A stretch of DNA of 64,000 bases from an uncultured Desulfarculus sp. (GTDB taxonomy: Bacteria; Desulfobacterota; Desulfarculia; Desulfarculales; Desulfarculaceae). Of the stretch, positions 7,210 to 17,044 are shown one piece after another. The notes beneath the pieces were generated by a model. It made no database searches and was not told where the DNA came from. It was given only the letters and a program-made list of their open reading frames with translations. Position 1 is the first letter of the stretch. Every line of letters begins with the position of its first letter. The stretch spans positions 1,984,001 to 2,048,000 of the forward strand of contig CAXXUK010000001.1 in the NCBI GenBank assembly GCA_963665125.2, read 5' to 3'. The translations under genes were made by a program, and so were the position numbers.

Positions 7210-9489
7210 TTAGGCATTGCCTGGCAGAAGGACCAGCGTTTTTACTTTGTTGCCCACGGCCTCGACGTGAGAGCCGAGCAGCGGTTCCTCCGCCGCTGAT
7301 GGCGGCAGGCCGGGGCCTTGAGTCATGAGGCCGGGATTGAGGACCCTGGCCGAATTGGCCAGGATTCCCGCCGTGTGGAAAATATGCAACAGCCCGGCGG
7401 CCACGGGTGACAACAGGCCCATGGCCCCCAGGGCCATGCCCACCAGGTTCGAGCCGGTGGCGATCCAGAAATTTTGGTGCACGATTTTCAGGGTGCGCTT
7501 GCTCAGATCGCGGACATAGGCCACTCCGGCCAGGTCGTCATTGACCAAGGCGATGTCCGCCGCCTCGATGGCCACCTCGGAACCGCCCGCGCCCATGGCG
7601 ATGCCCACGTCGGCCTCGGCCAGGGCCAGGGCGTCGTTGATGCCGTCGCCCACCATCAGGACCTTGTGCCCGGGGGCCCGCAGCTCGGCCAGGATACTGG
7701 CCTTGTCCCGGGGCATCACCGAGTAATGGCACTGCTCGATCCCCAGTTTTGCGGCCACCGCGCCGGCGGTGGCGGCTTCTTCTCCGGTGATCATCACCAC
7801 GCGGCTGACGCCGTCTGCGGTCAGATGATCGATAATGGGCCGGGCCTCAGGTCTGATGCGGTTGGCGAAACCCATGATGCCCAGCAATTCGTCTTCCAAG
7901 GCCAAAAAGGCCACCGTGAGTCCCTGGCCCTCCAGTTCCCTGGCGATTCCCCACGACTTGGCCAAGCCCACACCGTGGCGGTCCATGAATTTGCGGTTGC
8001 CCACGTGCACGGTTTTGCTGTTTATCCGGGCGGTCACGCCCTCGCCGAGTTGGTATTGGCACACCGCGTGGCTGCTGGGTTCAAGCCCGAGGTCGGCGGC
8101 CTCTTGCTTGATGGCCAAGGCCAGGGGGTGGAAGTTGTGCATCTCGGCCGTATAAGCGAGCTGGAATAATTCCTCGTCGGACAGATACGACAGGTTGACC
8201 AGGCGCTTCAGGGCCGGCTGGCTGTTGGTCAGGGTGCCGGTTTTGTCAAAGCAGACGGTGTCGGCCTCTCCGATCTCTTCCAGGTAGCGGCCGCCCTTGA
8301 TCAATATCTTGCGCCGGGCCGCGGCGTGAATGGCCGCGCTGATAGGGGCCGATGCCGATAGAACCGTGGCGCAGGGGCAGGCCATGACCAATAACACCGT
8401 GAAGGCCCGCCAAAAACTTCCCGTCAGCACCAGGGTGCCCAGGGTCAGCAGTCCGCCGAGCTTCAACAGCCGCATTGCCAGTTGATCGGCCACGCCCTGG
8501 ATCGGCGCCTGGTTTTCCAGGGCGTCTTCCACCATGTGGATCACCCGGGACAGATAGGTCGCGTCGCCGACCTTTCGGGCGCGCACGAAAATGACGCCCT
8601 CGCGCACCAAAGTGCCGGCCAGCACCGTATCGCCTTTTTGGCGCAGGATAAATTCCGCTCGCCCGTTGATTGGCGATTCATCGATCATGGCCCGGCCGCT
8701 GTCCACCACGCCGTCGATGGAAACTTTTTCGCCAGTGTGCAGCACCACCAGGTCGCCGGGCTGGACCTGCTCCACCGGCACCTCCACCTCCTTGCCGTCG
8801 ATGCTGATGAAGGTGTTTTTGGCGCTGACCTGGAGGATATCCGAAATGGCCCGCCGGGAGCGCTGGCCGATCCAGGCCGTCAGGAACTCGGCCCCGCTGT
8901 CGATCCACAGGATCTCCAGGGCGGTCAGGGCCTCGCCCATGGCCGTAGCGGTGATGATGCTCGCGGCCAGGAAGCCGTCAAGCCCGAAACGGCGCTCCCG
9001 GATGTCGGCGGCGGCTTTGCACAACAAGGGCAACGTGCCGGCGGCTGCAATGAGGCCCAACGGACTCAGCAGGGTCTGGCTCACGGCCAGCTTGAATAGG
9101 GACTTGCGCACAAAAACGGCGGCCATCACCGCGCTGAGCCCGGCGAAGCGGAGGCCGGCCCACCGGACATTGTTCCCGGTTTTTTCCGCCGCTGGCCCTT
9201 GCGGGAGTAGCGGGGCCGCCCCAGGCACGCGCCGGAGCGTCATGGCCAATTCGTCCAGCTTGGCGGCCAACTCGCCACGGGATGTTTTGGTCCGGGAATA
9301 GCCCACCGCCAGGCTGGCGCAGGCATGATTGGGTTTGACCCACAAAACGCCGTCAACGAGCATCAGGCGCTCTTGGAGCCTTTGGGCCAGGTCGGTGCGC
9401 CGGAGCAGGCAGGGCACGCGGAACCGCAAGCGCCCGTCCAAATAGTGTATCAATTTGATATTATTATATTTAGTTTCCATAAAACTCAT
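7210..9489 (-). CDS. Second P1B-type ATPase (FezH-like), CPC/HxxHT subtype
   Basis: DKTGT, HP, GDGIND; TM4 MACPC; TM6 HIFHT; actuator motif reads INGRAE rather than TGES; N-terminal HMA2-like domain. Confidence 0.85.
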   Translation of the reverse strand: MSFMETKYNNIKLIHYLDGRLRFRVPCLLRRTDLAQRLQERLMLVDGVLWVKPNHACASLAVGYSRTKTSRGELAAKLDELAMTLRRVPGAAPLLPQGPAAEKTGNNVRWAGLRFAGLSAVMAAVFVRKSLFKLAVSQTLLSPLGLIAAAGTLPLLCKAAADIRERRFGLDGFLAASIITATAMGEALTALEILWIDSGAEFLTAWIGQRSRRAISDILQVSAKNTFISIDGKEVEVPVEQVQPGDLVVLHTGEKVSIDGVVDSGRAMIDESPINGRAEFILRQKGDTVLAGTLVREGVIFVRARKVGDATYLSRVIHMVEDALENQAPIQGVADQLAMRLLKLGGLLTLGTLVLTGSFWRAFTVLLVMACPCATVLSASAPISAAIHAAARRKILIKGGRYLEEIGEADTVCFDKTGTLTNSQPALKRLVNLSYLSDEELFQLAYTAEMHNFHPLALAIKQEAADLGLEPSSHAVCQYQLGEGVTARINSKTVHVGNRKFMDRHGVGLAKSWGIARELEGQGLTVAFLALEDELLGIMGFANRIRPEARPIIDHLTADGVSRVVMITGEEAATAGAVAAKLGIEQCHYSVMPRDKASILAELRAPGHKVLMVGDGINDALALAEADVGIAMGAGGSEVAIEAADIALVNDDLAGVAYVRDLSKRTLKIVHQNFWIATGSNLVGMALGAMGLLSPVAAGLLHIFHTAGILANSARVLNPGLMTQGPGLPPSAAEEPLLGSHVEAVGNKVKTLVLLPGNA

Positions 9490-9536
9490 GTCCGGAATCG
9501 CGCCCCCCCGGAAGGGGCCATTTTTTTCAGGTTTAA

Positions 9537-9759
9537 TTAGCCTAGTTTAACAATTAATGCAACCTAAAATATATTATTAATTAAAAAATATTAAATTACG
9601 CATCGTAGAGATGACAGGCTCCGCATCGATGGATAGCAAATAAGATTTTGATATAATTTAGTTATACTTGTACATGTTATAGTTCAAGAGACAACACTGG
9701 AACAGCTTGGACTTGGTTGGTCTGTATTTTTTAATACTTATATAATTAGGTGGATCTAA
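9537..9759. promoter_or_regulatory. Cluster of TTAG-N6-CTAA-like operators upstream of fez operon
   Basis: TTAG-CCTAGT-TTAA 9537, TTAA-TGCAAC-CTAA 9554, TTAG-TTATAC-TTGT 9658, TTAG-GTGGAT-CTAA 9746. Confidence 0.6.
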
Positions 9760-9929
9760 ATATGGCTGGCGGCGGCGTCCCGCCCGCCGGGTGTTTCCGG
9801 CTGACCCGCTCCCGTTTTCAGACGACCCCGGCGGAACCGGAAAATTGTCGGAGGCCCGGGCGGCGATGCGCTGGACAATACGACCGGGCGGAGTCAAAGG
9901 CGGGGCGAACCGGCTTTGGCGCACGGGTT

Positions 9930-10559
9930 TTAAGGCGGGGTCGGCTCGGCGTTGCCGGCCGCCGGAGTCAGATCCAACACCGGGCAACCCAGATATTCCA
10001 GGGGCCTCATTTGATGGCTGACCAAAAGAACGGCCGCGCCTTTTTCCTCGGCCAGATTGCCGATCAGCCCGGCCAGGGTTTCCTGCCATTGCCGGTCGAG
10101 AAAGGCGAAAGGTTCGTCCATGAGCAGCAAACGGGGGCCCACGGAAAGGCCGCGGGCTATGCCCAACCTGCGCCGCATGCCTCCGCTGAGTTCCGCGGGC
10201 TTCTTGTGAGCCGAATCGGCCAGGCCCAGGCAGTCCAGCCAGTGCATGGCCCGCCTGGAGGCCCGGCGCGGCTCCATCGCGGTCTCCAGAACCAACTCCA
10301 GATTTTGCCGGGCATTCAGCCAGGGCACAAGGGCGTCATCCTGAAAGGTGTAGGCCATGCCCAGGCGCTGGGCCGATATCTCTCCGCTGTCCGGCTTGAG
10401 CAGGCCGGCCGCCAGCTCCAGAATGGTGCTCTTGCCTATCCCTGAAGGGCCAAAGAGACAAACGACCTGGCCGAATCCGAGACTCAGATCGAAATCCTTG
10501 ACGATTGATCTGCCGCCCAGGCTCTTGCACACGTCTTTCATCTCAAGAGCGTTTGCCAT
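9930..10559 (-). CDS. NitT/TauT-family ABC transporter ATP-binding protein
   Basis: GPSGIGKS, FQDDALVPW, LSGGM, LLMDEPF; probable start MANALE. Confidence 0.9.
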   Translation of the reverse strand: MANALEMKDVCKSLGGRSIVKDFDLSLGFGQVVCLFGPSGIGKSTILELAAGLLKPDSGEISAQRLGMAYTFQDDALVPWLNARQNLELVLETAMEPRRASRRAMHWLDCLGLADSAHKKPAELSGGMRRRLGIARGLSVGPRLLLMDEPFAFLDRQWQETLAGLIGNLAEEKGAAVLLVSHQMRPLEYLGCPVLDLTPAAGNAEPTPP

Positions 10560-11301
10560 TTCTCTGCTCCGCTTGGCGCCGCAACGGCTGGATGATCCAG
10601 ACTTCCAAGGCCAGGCCCAAAAGGACAAGGATCAATGCCCAGGCAAACATCCGGGGCATCTCCAGCATGCGGTAAGACCAGTAAATACGAGACCCGATAC
10701 CATTGGGCGCGCCGAAAAACTCGGCCACGGCCGTCACCTTCCAGCAGATGCCCACCACGAACGACAGTGAAGCCAACAAAAACGGATACAGTCCCGGTAA
10801 AACGATCTTGGTGAGTGTTCGCCATCGGCCCAGATCATAAACCTTGGCCATATCCAACAGCCTTTGGTCGATAGCTGCCACACCTTGGGCCACATTGGCG
10901 AAAAGCGGCGGCAGAAGAGAGGCGAATACAACCCCCAAAGGCACGGCATCCCCGGAACCCACCCACACCATGAGCAGGCTGATCCACAACACAGGGGGGC
11001 AGGATTGCAGGGCCGCCACCAGCGGGGCGACCAGACCCATGGCCTTTTTGCTGAGTCCGGCCGGTATTCCCAGCAGCAAGGCGGCGGCCAAACTGATCAG
11101 CAGGCCGGCCATGCCCCGGAACAGGGTGGCGGCTATGTTTTTCCAGGCCTCGATATCGCCCAAAATCTCCAGCAGAGCGCCAAAAGTGCGTCCGGGAGAC
11201 GGCGCAAGGGCCTGGCCAAAGCAAAGGGTGGCAAGCCACCAAACCGCCAACAGGATCAGGCCGGAGCAGGCATATGGCCCTATTTTTCGCAATACGGCCA
11301 A
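10543..11301 (-). CDS. NitT/TauT-family ABC transporter permease
   Basis: Multi-TM; PSP, PPVLW, EAA-like LLDMAKVY, WKVTAVAEFFG..GIG. Confidence 0.9.
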   Translation of the reverse strand: MAVLRKIGPYACSGLILLAVWWLATLCFGQALAPSPGRTFGALLEILGDIEAWKNIAATLFRGMAGLLISLAAALLLGIPAGLSKKAMGLVAPLVAALQSCPPVLWISLLMVWVGSGDAVPLGVVFASLLPPLFANVAQGVAAIDQRLLDMAKVYDLGRWRTLTKIVLPGLYPFLLASLSFVVGICWKVTAVAEFFGAPNGIGSRIYWSYRMLEMPRMFAWALILVLLGLALEVWIIQPLRRQAEQRNGKRS

Positions 11302-12293
11302 AGAAACTTATCTCCTAAAACAAGTTCACCGCTGTTGCCGACCGACGGAGGATAAACCATGGCCAGAAACCGGGCGATTTCGCCTTTGACCGCGCAGGCG
11401 GGCTCAACGAGGATCAAATCTCTTTTCAGGGATTCTCGCACCATTTGTTGGGAAACAAACTTGCCAAACGATTGAGGCAGGGCCGCAATGCCCGCCTCGG
11501 GATCTTGGGCCAGTTCCCGGCCGGTTTCGGCCAGGACATCTGTCAGCTTGTCGGCAAGCCCCGGATACTTTTGGGCGGTGCGGCTATTGATGGCCAACCC
11601 GGCCAGGGGGACGCGGGCCTCGCCGCCGCTCAGGCGTCCGTATTCTGATTCCAGGCTCTGAACCACCCGCAGGCCGGGGACCTTGTGCAACAGGACCGTT
11701 ACCATAGGCTCGGGCACCAGGGCCGAGTCAAGCTTGCCCTGCATAAAGGACAGGGCCAACTGTTTGGGCTCGAAACCCACCAAATCCACCGGTTGCAGGT
11801 CCTTGGGCCACAACGCCTTCAGAATTGGCGCGGCCGGAGACCCCACCGGAGTCATGGCCAGCTCCCGCCCGGCAAAATCGGCCAAGCCCTTGCATTGGCT
11901 GTCCCGGGACACCAGATAGATCTTGCGCCAGCCGGTGACCACCAAAACACTGACCGGTGCGCCGTGGCGGGCGGCCTGGGCAAAGCCTTCCAAGTGGCCA
12001 AGCCAGAGATCGCCCTTGCCCGCCAGGACCACCCCACGCAGGTCGTCAACGTCCTTCCACTGGCGCACATCCAGGTTGCAAACACCCTTTAATTTGCCTT
12101 GATCCACGGCGGCCCACAGGGGCAGTTGCGGGGTTGTGGCCAGTCCGGTGGTGTAAAAGACCAGGGTCGGAACGTCCGGGTTGTCGCCGGTCAGAAGGGC
12201 CTGCCGGTCCGAACCGTTAAACATTTCAAAGCCCCCCCAGGCCAGCAGGGCCAGGGCCAGGACAACGGTTATGGTCAAATGAAGCTGCTTCAT
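11280..12293 (-). CDS. NitT/TauT-family ABC substrate-binding protein
   Basis: N-terminal signal/anchor; LADFAGRELA, GKLDSALVPEP. Confidence 0.85.
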   Translation of the reverse strand: MKQLHLTITVVLALALLAWGGFEMFNGSDRQALLTGDNPDVPTLVFYTTGLATTPQLPLWAAVDQGKLKGVCNLDVRQWKDVDDLRGVVLAGKGDLWLGHLEGFAQAARHGAPVSVLVVTGWRKIYLVSRDSQCKGLADFAGRELAMTPVGSPAAPILKALWPKDLQPVDLVGFEPKQLALSFMQGKLDSALVPEPMVTVLLHKVPGLRVVQSLESEYGRLSGGEARVPLAGLAINSRTAQKYPGLADKLTDVLAETGRELAQDPEAGIAALPQSFGKFVSQQMVRESLKRDLILVEPACAVKGEIARFLAMVYPPSVGNSGELVLGDKFLWPYCEK

Positions 12294-12355
12294 CGGGCAA
12301 AGCCTTGTCCAGGTCCGGACGCCGCTTCCAGCGGCGCCCGGACCTGGCGTGAAAA

Positions 12356-14413
12356 TCAGAAGCTGATGGTGTAGCTGGCCAGAAGCGACAGGCCGGGCTC
12401 CTTGAGCTCGAACCCGCGGCTGGTGGCCAGGAAGTTGTGGTAGTCCTCGTCAAGCAGGTTGTCGGCGCCCACCATGATCTCGTGGTCGGTGTGGGCCAGT
12501 TTGAATTTATAGCCCACCCTGGCGTTGAAGGTGTTCCAGGCGTCGCTGGTCTCCACTCCCTCGGGCACCTCATCCTGGGCCGCGGCCCAGTTGAACTCCA
12601 GGCGGGCCCAGAATCCGCACTTGTGGTCCCAGCGCAGGCCCAAAAGGCCGCCCAAAGGCGCAATGTAGGGGAGGTCTTCGTCCAGCGAGGTGTCTTCACC
12701 GCGGCAGTAGGCCATGTTGCCATAGGCCAGAAATCCCAGGGGCAAGGCAACGTCAGCGCTGAGTTCGGCGCCGTAAATGCGGGCCTCGCCCACGTTTTCA
12801 TAGGTCACCGTGGTGGGATTGACCAGCGTTTCGGTGATCAGGTCGCGCAGGAAGTTTGCATAAACGCTTGCCCCGGCCTTGATGCCGCTCTTGTTGTAGT
12901 GCAGGCCGTATTCCAGGAATATGCTGCGTTCGGGGTCCAGCTCCGGGTTGCCTACCTTGGTTTGGCCGCCGCCCAGCTCAATATAGGAGAACAGCTCCTC
13001 CATGCTGGCCACGCGGTAGGCGCTGGCAACCAGGAAGGTCATGGACCAGTCCGGGACAAAGTCCCAGGTCAAACCGGCATGCACATTCCAGGATGCGTCG
13101 TTACTGGTCTTATCCTCCAGCAATACCGGGTTTGCCGCCTTGGGGTTGGGAGGCGTCAGGTATTTGCGGTGCTCGTCATTATGCACCGAGATGTAGTCCA
13201 CCCGGCCACCCAGGTTCAGCTTGAAGCCGCCGCCCAACAGCCAGTCGTCTTCAGCGTAAACGCCGCCGGAAAAATAGTCCGCCTTGGGCAAGGGCTCATC
13301 GATAAACCAGACGCCGGTTTTCAATATCTTGCGCCGGTGGGATTCCAAGCCCCAGTTCCAGACATCAACACCGGCCACGATCGTATGGACTTCACATTCA
13401 AAGATATTACGCCAACCCAGGCCGTATGTTTCGTGGTCCGCCGACGGAGTTAATTCCTTCAAGGGCAAGGACGCGGGAAAATCGTCAATGCGCACCCTGC
13501 GGTCTATGGTCTGGTAATAAAGGTTCAAGGCCGAAGACTTAAAAACCTCGCCCTTGGGCGCGTATTCGTGGGTCAGTTGAACAAGGGTGCGGCTGGTGCG
13601 GGGATAAGTGACATCAGCGGCCGTGGGCATTGGGGCCACACCGGTGCCGGGAATGCCTATGTCTTCGCCTTCCAGGTGTTGGACCTGAAATCTGCTGCTG
13701 TTGGCTTGGTTCCATTTGTAGCCCAAGGCGAACTTGCCCTGGTAGTCGCGGTACTGGCTGTTGGTGATTTCATCTCCGGCGCCGTCTTTGTAGCTTTCGT
13801 GGTCCCGGTAGGAGCCGCTGCCGTAGACCCAGACATCCGGGCTGTTGTACGAGGCATTGGCGTAGGTGTTGAAGCCTTCCGGGTTGCTGGTGTAGGTGCC
13901 GTTGACCAGGCCGTGCCATTGGGGCTCGGCCGTGAACGAACCGAACTTGGTGATAACGTTGACCACGCCGCCGATGGAGCCCGAACCGTACAAGGCGCTG
14001 ATGGGGCCCTTGAGCACCTCCACCCGCTCGATGTCCATGGGCGAGATGGAGCCGAACTGCATGTTCATCTGGGTGGCCGTGTTCACCCGGCAGCCGTCAA
14101 TATTAAAGACCACCGAACCCCGGCCAAGGCCCCGGATATTGATGGCCGAGCCCCAGGCGGAATCAGACCATTTGTAAACGCCGGGCAACCTGTCGAGCAC
14201 GTCTGTAATGGAAATGGCTTGGTCAATGGAGATCTCCCGGGCGTCCACCACGCCAACACCGCCGGGAATCTGGTCGGCGGGCGTGTCAACACCCCGGACC
14301 GATACAACCGTATCATCCAGTTTGACTGATTTGTCGGCCTCAACGGCTGCGGCGGGCCCGGCCCACAGGCCAGCCAAGGCAATCAGGCAAACCAGAGCTT
14401 TATATAGTTTCAT
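12356..14413 (-). CDS. TonB-dependent outer-membrane receptor
   Basis: Signal peptide, DTVVSV TonB box, IERVEVLKGPISALYGSGSIGGVVNVIT plug motif, GNPELDPE, C-terminal Phe. Confidence 0.95.
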   Translation of the reverse strand: MKLYKALVCLIALAGLWAGPAAAVEADKSVKLDDTVVSVRGVDTPADQIPGGVGVVDAREISIDQAISITDVLDRLPGVYKWSDSAWGSAINIRGLGRGSVVFNIDGCRVNTATQMNMQFGSISPMDIERVEVLKGPISALYGSGSIGGVVNVITKFGSFTAEPQWHGLVNGTYTSNPEGFNTYANASYNSPDVWVYGSGSYRDHESYKDGAGDEITNSQYRDYQGKFALGYKWNQANSSRFQVQHLEGEDIGIPGTGVAPMPTAADVTYPRTSRTLVQLTHEYAPKGEVFKSSALNLYYQTIDRRVRIDDFPASLPLKELTPSADHETYGLGWRNIFECEVHTIVAGVDVWNWGLESHRRKILKTGVWFIDEPLPKADYFSGGVYAEDDWLLGGGFKLNLGGRVDYISVHNDEHRKYLTPPNPKAANPVLLEDKTSNDASWNVHAGLTWDFVPDWSMTFLVASAYRVASMEELFSYIELGGGQTKVGNPELDPERSIFLEYGLHYNKSGIKAGASVYANFLRDLITETLVNPTTVTYENVGEARIYGAELSADVALPLGFLAYGNMAYCRGEDTSLDEDLPYIAPLGGLLGLRWDHKCGFWARLEFNWAAAQDEVPEGVETSDAWNTFNARVGYKFKLAHTDHEIMVGADNLLDEDYHNFLATSRGFELKEPGLSLLASYTISF

Positions 14414-14487
14414 GACTCTCCCCAAATTGAATGGTTCGTAGTAGGCCGCTGATCAGGGGCTTATAAACTTATGCGGAGTTGCCTGGT

Positions 14488-15354
14488 TCAGGCGGCTTGT
14501 TGCCCCAAACGGAGCAATTGATCCCAACCAGGCCAAAGCAACCTGTTGGGTGGCTGGGCCTCCGGCGGCAGCTCGGCGTCCTCCCGAATCGGTACAAGCA
14601 CACCTGAACGGCCAAGGAAATCCTGAAATTCCTCGCTGAATAAATAGTCCAGAGCCCTCAGGGCATCTTCCCCAGCGTCTTTTCTGAGTATGCTGACAAT
14701 GGGAATGGCCACTGCGCCCTCCGCCGGCCAGACCATTGACGCCCCGGCGTTGCGGAAGGTGCGGCCAAAAGCCGGGATCACCAACCCGGCCAGGAACTGC
14801 CCTTCATCCACGGCCTTGTTAATGTCCAGAGGGTACATTTCGGCCTTGAAGGCCTTGGCCGCAGCCAAGCCCTCATCACCGTACAACCCGCATAAAAAGG
14901 CCTTGGACAGGGCGGGCATGGGTGTGTCATGGGGCGGGCAAACGACCTTGCCGTACAGCTCGGGACTGCACAAATCCCGCCACGATTTTGGCGGCGGTTG
15001 CAGGCTCTTGTGGTGAATAAAAACCAGCGGCACGTACGCCACGACCTTGATAAACGGATTCGGTTCGGCCAGGCCCTGTTCGGCAAGCTGTGATCTCATT
15101 GGCGGCAAATGGTCCGGCATGGGCCGGAACAAGCCGCACGTTTCAATGTTTTTGTCCGGCGCCATGACCGCCGGATAAGCCGTGACCGTCAGGTCGTGGG
15201 TCAGGTAAGGCGTTCCAAAGTCCTCGGCAAAATACTGGTCCAGTTCGCCGTGGGTGTTATGGGGAACAAGTTCAAGGTCCGGCAGGAGGCTCTCCAGGTC
15301 GGAAGTGGCCTTGCGCACCACATTGGGCGGCAAAACAATAAACGCGCTGCTCAT
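14488..15354 (-). CDS. Substrate-binding-protein-like protein (AfuA/SBP_bac_6-like) without signal peptide
   Basis: PPKSWRDL, VWPAEGAVAIP, LDYLFSEEFQ; start MSSAF overlaps upstream stop (ATGA). Confidence 0.75.
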   Translation of the reverse strand: MSSAFIVLPPNVVRKATSDLESLLPDLELVPHNTHGELDQYFAEDFGTPYLTHDLTVTAYPAVMAPDKNIETCGLFRPMPDHLPPMRSQLAEQGLAEPNPFIKVVAYVPLVFIHHKSLQPPPKSWRDLCSPELYGKVVCPPHDTPMPALSKAFLCGLYGDEGLAAAKAFKAEMYPLDINKAVDEGQFLAGLVIPAFGRTFRNAGASMVWPAEGAVAIPIVSILRKDAGEDALRALDYLFSEEFQDFLGRSGVLVPIREDAELPPEAQPPNRLLWPGWDQLLRLGQQAA

Positions 15355-16139
15355 AAGCTGAACTCCTCGGCCTTGAGTTGCAGGCCCCGGCGCAGGTTGT
15401 CCCGGGCCATGTCGAGCATGCCGTCCACCTGACGCAGGCCCTTCAGACACTGGTCCTCATCGGCGTTGGTCTCGAACAACCGGAGCATGGCCCCGCCGCC
15501 CATGACCAGGCGCTTTTGGGCCATCAGGATCAGGACCGGATCGTGAGTGGCTATAAGGAGAGGCTTGTTGCTGGCGGAGAGGACTGACAGCGCCTTGAAC
15601 TTGTCCAGGCCGGCGTTTTCAATCTCGTCGATGAGCATGATCGGGGCGTCGCTGATAAAGGCGATGTCGGCGATCATCAGCGCCCGGGATTGACCGCCGC
15701 TTAGCACCTGCAATTGGTCGTCCATGGAGATGGATTCGCCGCACAGCTCATTGGCGGCGTCCAGGGTCATGCGCGGCGCGTCGGCGTTGATGTTGCCCCG
15801 GCTTTGGGCATGGAGTTCCAAGAATTGGCCAACCCTGCCATCCATGACAAAGTTGTTTTTCTGGCTCAGGTGGGCCACCAGGCCGCTGCCGTCGCTGCCG
15901 GCATTTTTTCCGTTGACCAACACCGTGCGCCGGGTGATGGTGTCGCCGTCGGCCATTTGCTGGATGTCGTAAAGCAGTTCACTTTTTCCTGAGCCGGTGG
16001 GGCCTATAACGGCCACGGACTGGCCAGGCTTAACGTTCAGGCTGGTGACCGGCTCGGGTCCGCCCTGTTTGTCGCTTCCAGATAATACTGTTAAAACAGC
16101 ATTTTGTGAGTCTTGCTGGTTTTTATCGCTAGTTGACAT
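15351..16139 (-). CDS. Stand-alone ABC-type ATPase
   Basis: GPTGSGKS, LSGGQSRALMIAD, IDEIENAG, THDP. Confidence 0.85.
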   Translation of the reverse strand: MSTSDKNQQDSQNAVLTVLSGSDKQGGPEPVTSLNVKPGQSVAVIGPTGSGKSELLYDIQQMADGDTITRRTVLVNGKNAGSDGSGLVAHLSQKNNFVMDGRVGQFLELHAQSRGNINADAPRMTLDAANELCGESISMDDQLQVLSGGQSRALMIADIAFISDAPIMLIDEIENAGLDKFKALSVLSASNKPLLIATHDPVLILMAQKRLVMGGGAMLRLFETNADEDQCLKGLRQVDGMLDMARDNLRRGLQLKAEEFSL

Positions 16140-16827
16140 TTATCTTCACCACATTTCCCGATTGGTACTGAAGGCCCACTCTTGTCTCGCCCGTGCAGTA
16201 GGAGCAGATCGATGCTGGCATTGAATAGCGCAGACTGCGCTCGGTGAGCTGATCCACTTCACCACTGTCATCGAGCAACCGTTTGAGCGGCAATGATCCA
16301 TTGCCGGTGAGTCCATTGACATGCAGTACTTTTGCCCGGGGATTGACCAGCTTGATCCTATGACTGAAGACCTCCTTTTCAGCCTGGGAAACCAAGTCGC
16401 CCTTGGTAATGGCCACGAAATCGGCCAAAAACAGGGCCGGACCCATTTTTTCCGGAGTATCCAGGCCGCTGAGGTTGTCGATTATGGTCAAAGCCGGAAC
16501 GCCCTGGATATGCGGGGCGCAGCGGAAGCACAAGCCCGCCGTCTCAATGAACAAAACGTCGGCCATCTGGTTGGCGCCCCACTGAAGAACTTCTTCCAAG
16601 TTTGAGACATAGTAATGGTCAGGGCAAACATAGTCGCTGATGCCGGCTATGGCCGGGATTCCCAATTTTTGGGCATAGGCCCTGTCGTCCCTTGTGCTCA
16701 GGGCGTCAAATTTAACCGCGGCCACCTTTACGCCAGATGCCAGGTATAGCCGGGCCACATGGCTGATAACCGCTGTCTTGCCTGCGCTGGGGGGGCCGGC
16801 CACTGTAATGATCTTCACTTGAAGCAC
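16129..16827 (-). CDS. HypB/UreG/CobW-like (G3E) GTP-binding protein
   Basis: GPPSAGKT, CPDH, ETAGLCFRCAP, TKGD, C-terminal CSYC. Confidence 0.85.
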   Translation of the reverse strand: MLQVKIITVAGPPSAGKTAVISHVARLYLASGVKVAAVKFDALSTRDDRAYAQKLGIPAIAGISDYVCPDHYYVSNLEEVLQWGANQMADVLFIETAGLCFRCAPHIQGVPALTIIDNLSGLDTPEKMGPALFLADFVAITKGDLVSQAEKEVFSHRIKLVNPRAKVLHVNGLTGNGSLPLKRLLDDSGEVDQLTERSLRYSMPASICSYCTGETRVGLQYQSGNVVKINVN

Positions 16828-16941
16828 CTTGTTTAGAGTGTCGTCTGCTACGACGTATTCATGAACGCCAGGCCAAAGGTGGTCCGGCAGTCGCTAGCGT
16901 TAGTATTGGTAGACTATTTTAAATTTAATATCAATATATTT

Positions 16942-17044
16942 TTAGTTATACCTAATTTTAATTGTAAAATAATTATAATTTAAGTAAGTTGTCTTAAATT
17001 AGAATAGGTATAGTCAGCTTATGCAATATATTAATAAAGTCTAA
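16942..17044. promoter_or_regulatory. TTAG-N6-CTAA-like operators upstream of GTPase operon
   Basis: TTAG-TTATAC-CTAA 16942, TTAG-AATAGG-TATA 16999, TTAA-TAAAGT-CTAA 17031 in an AT-rich promoter region. Confidence 0.6.
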
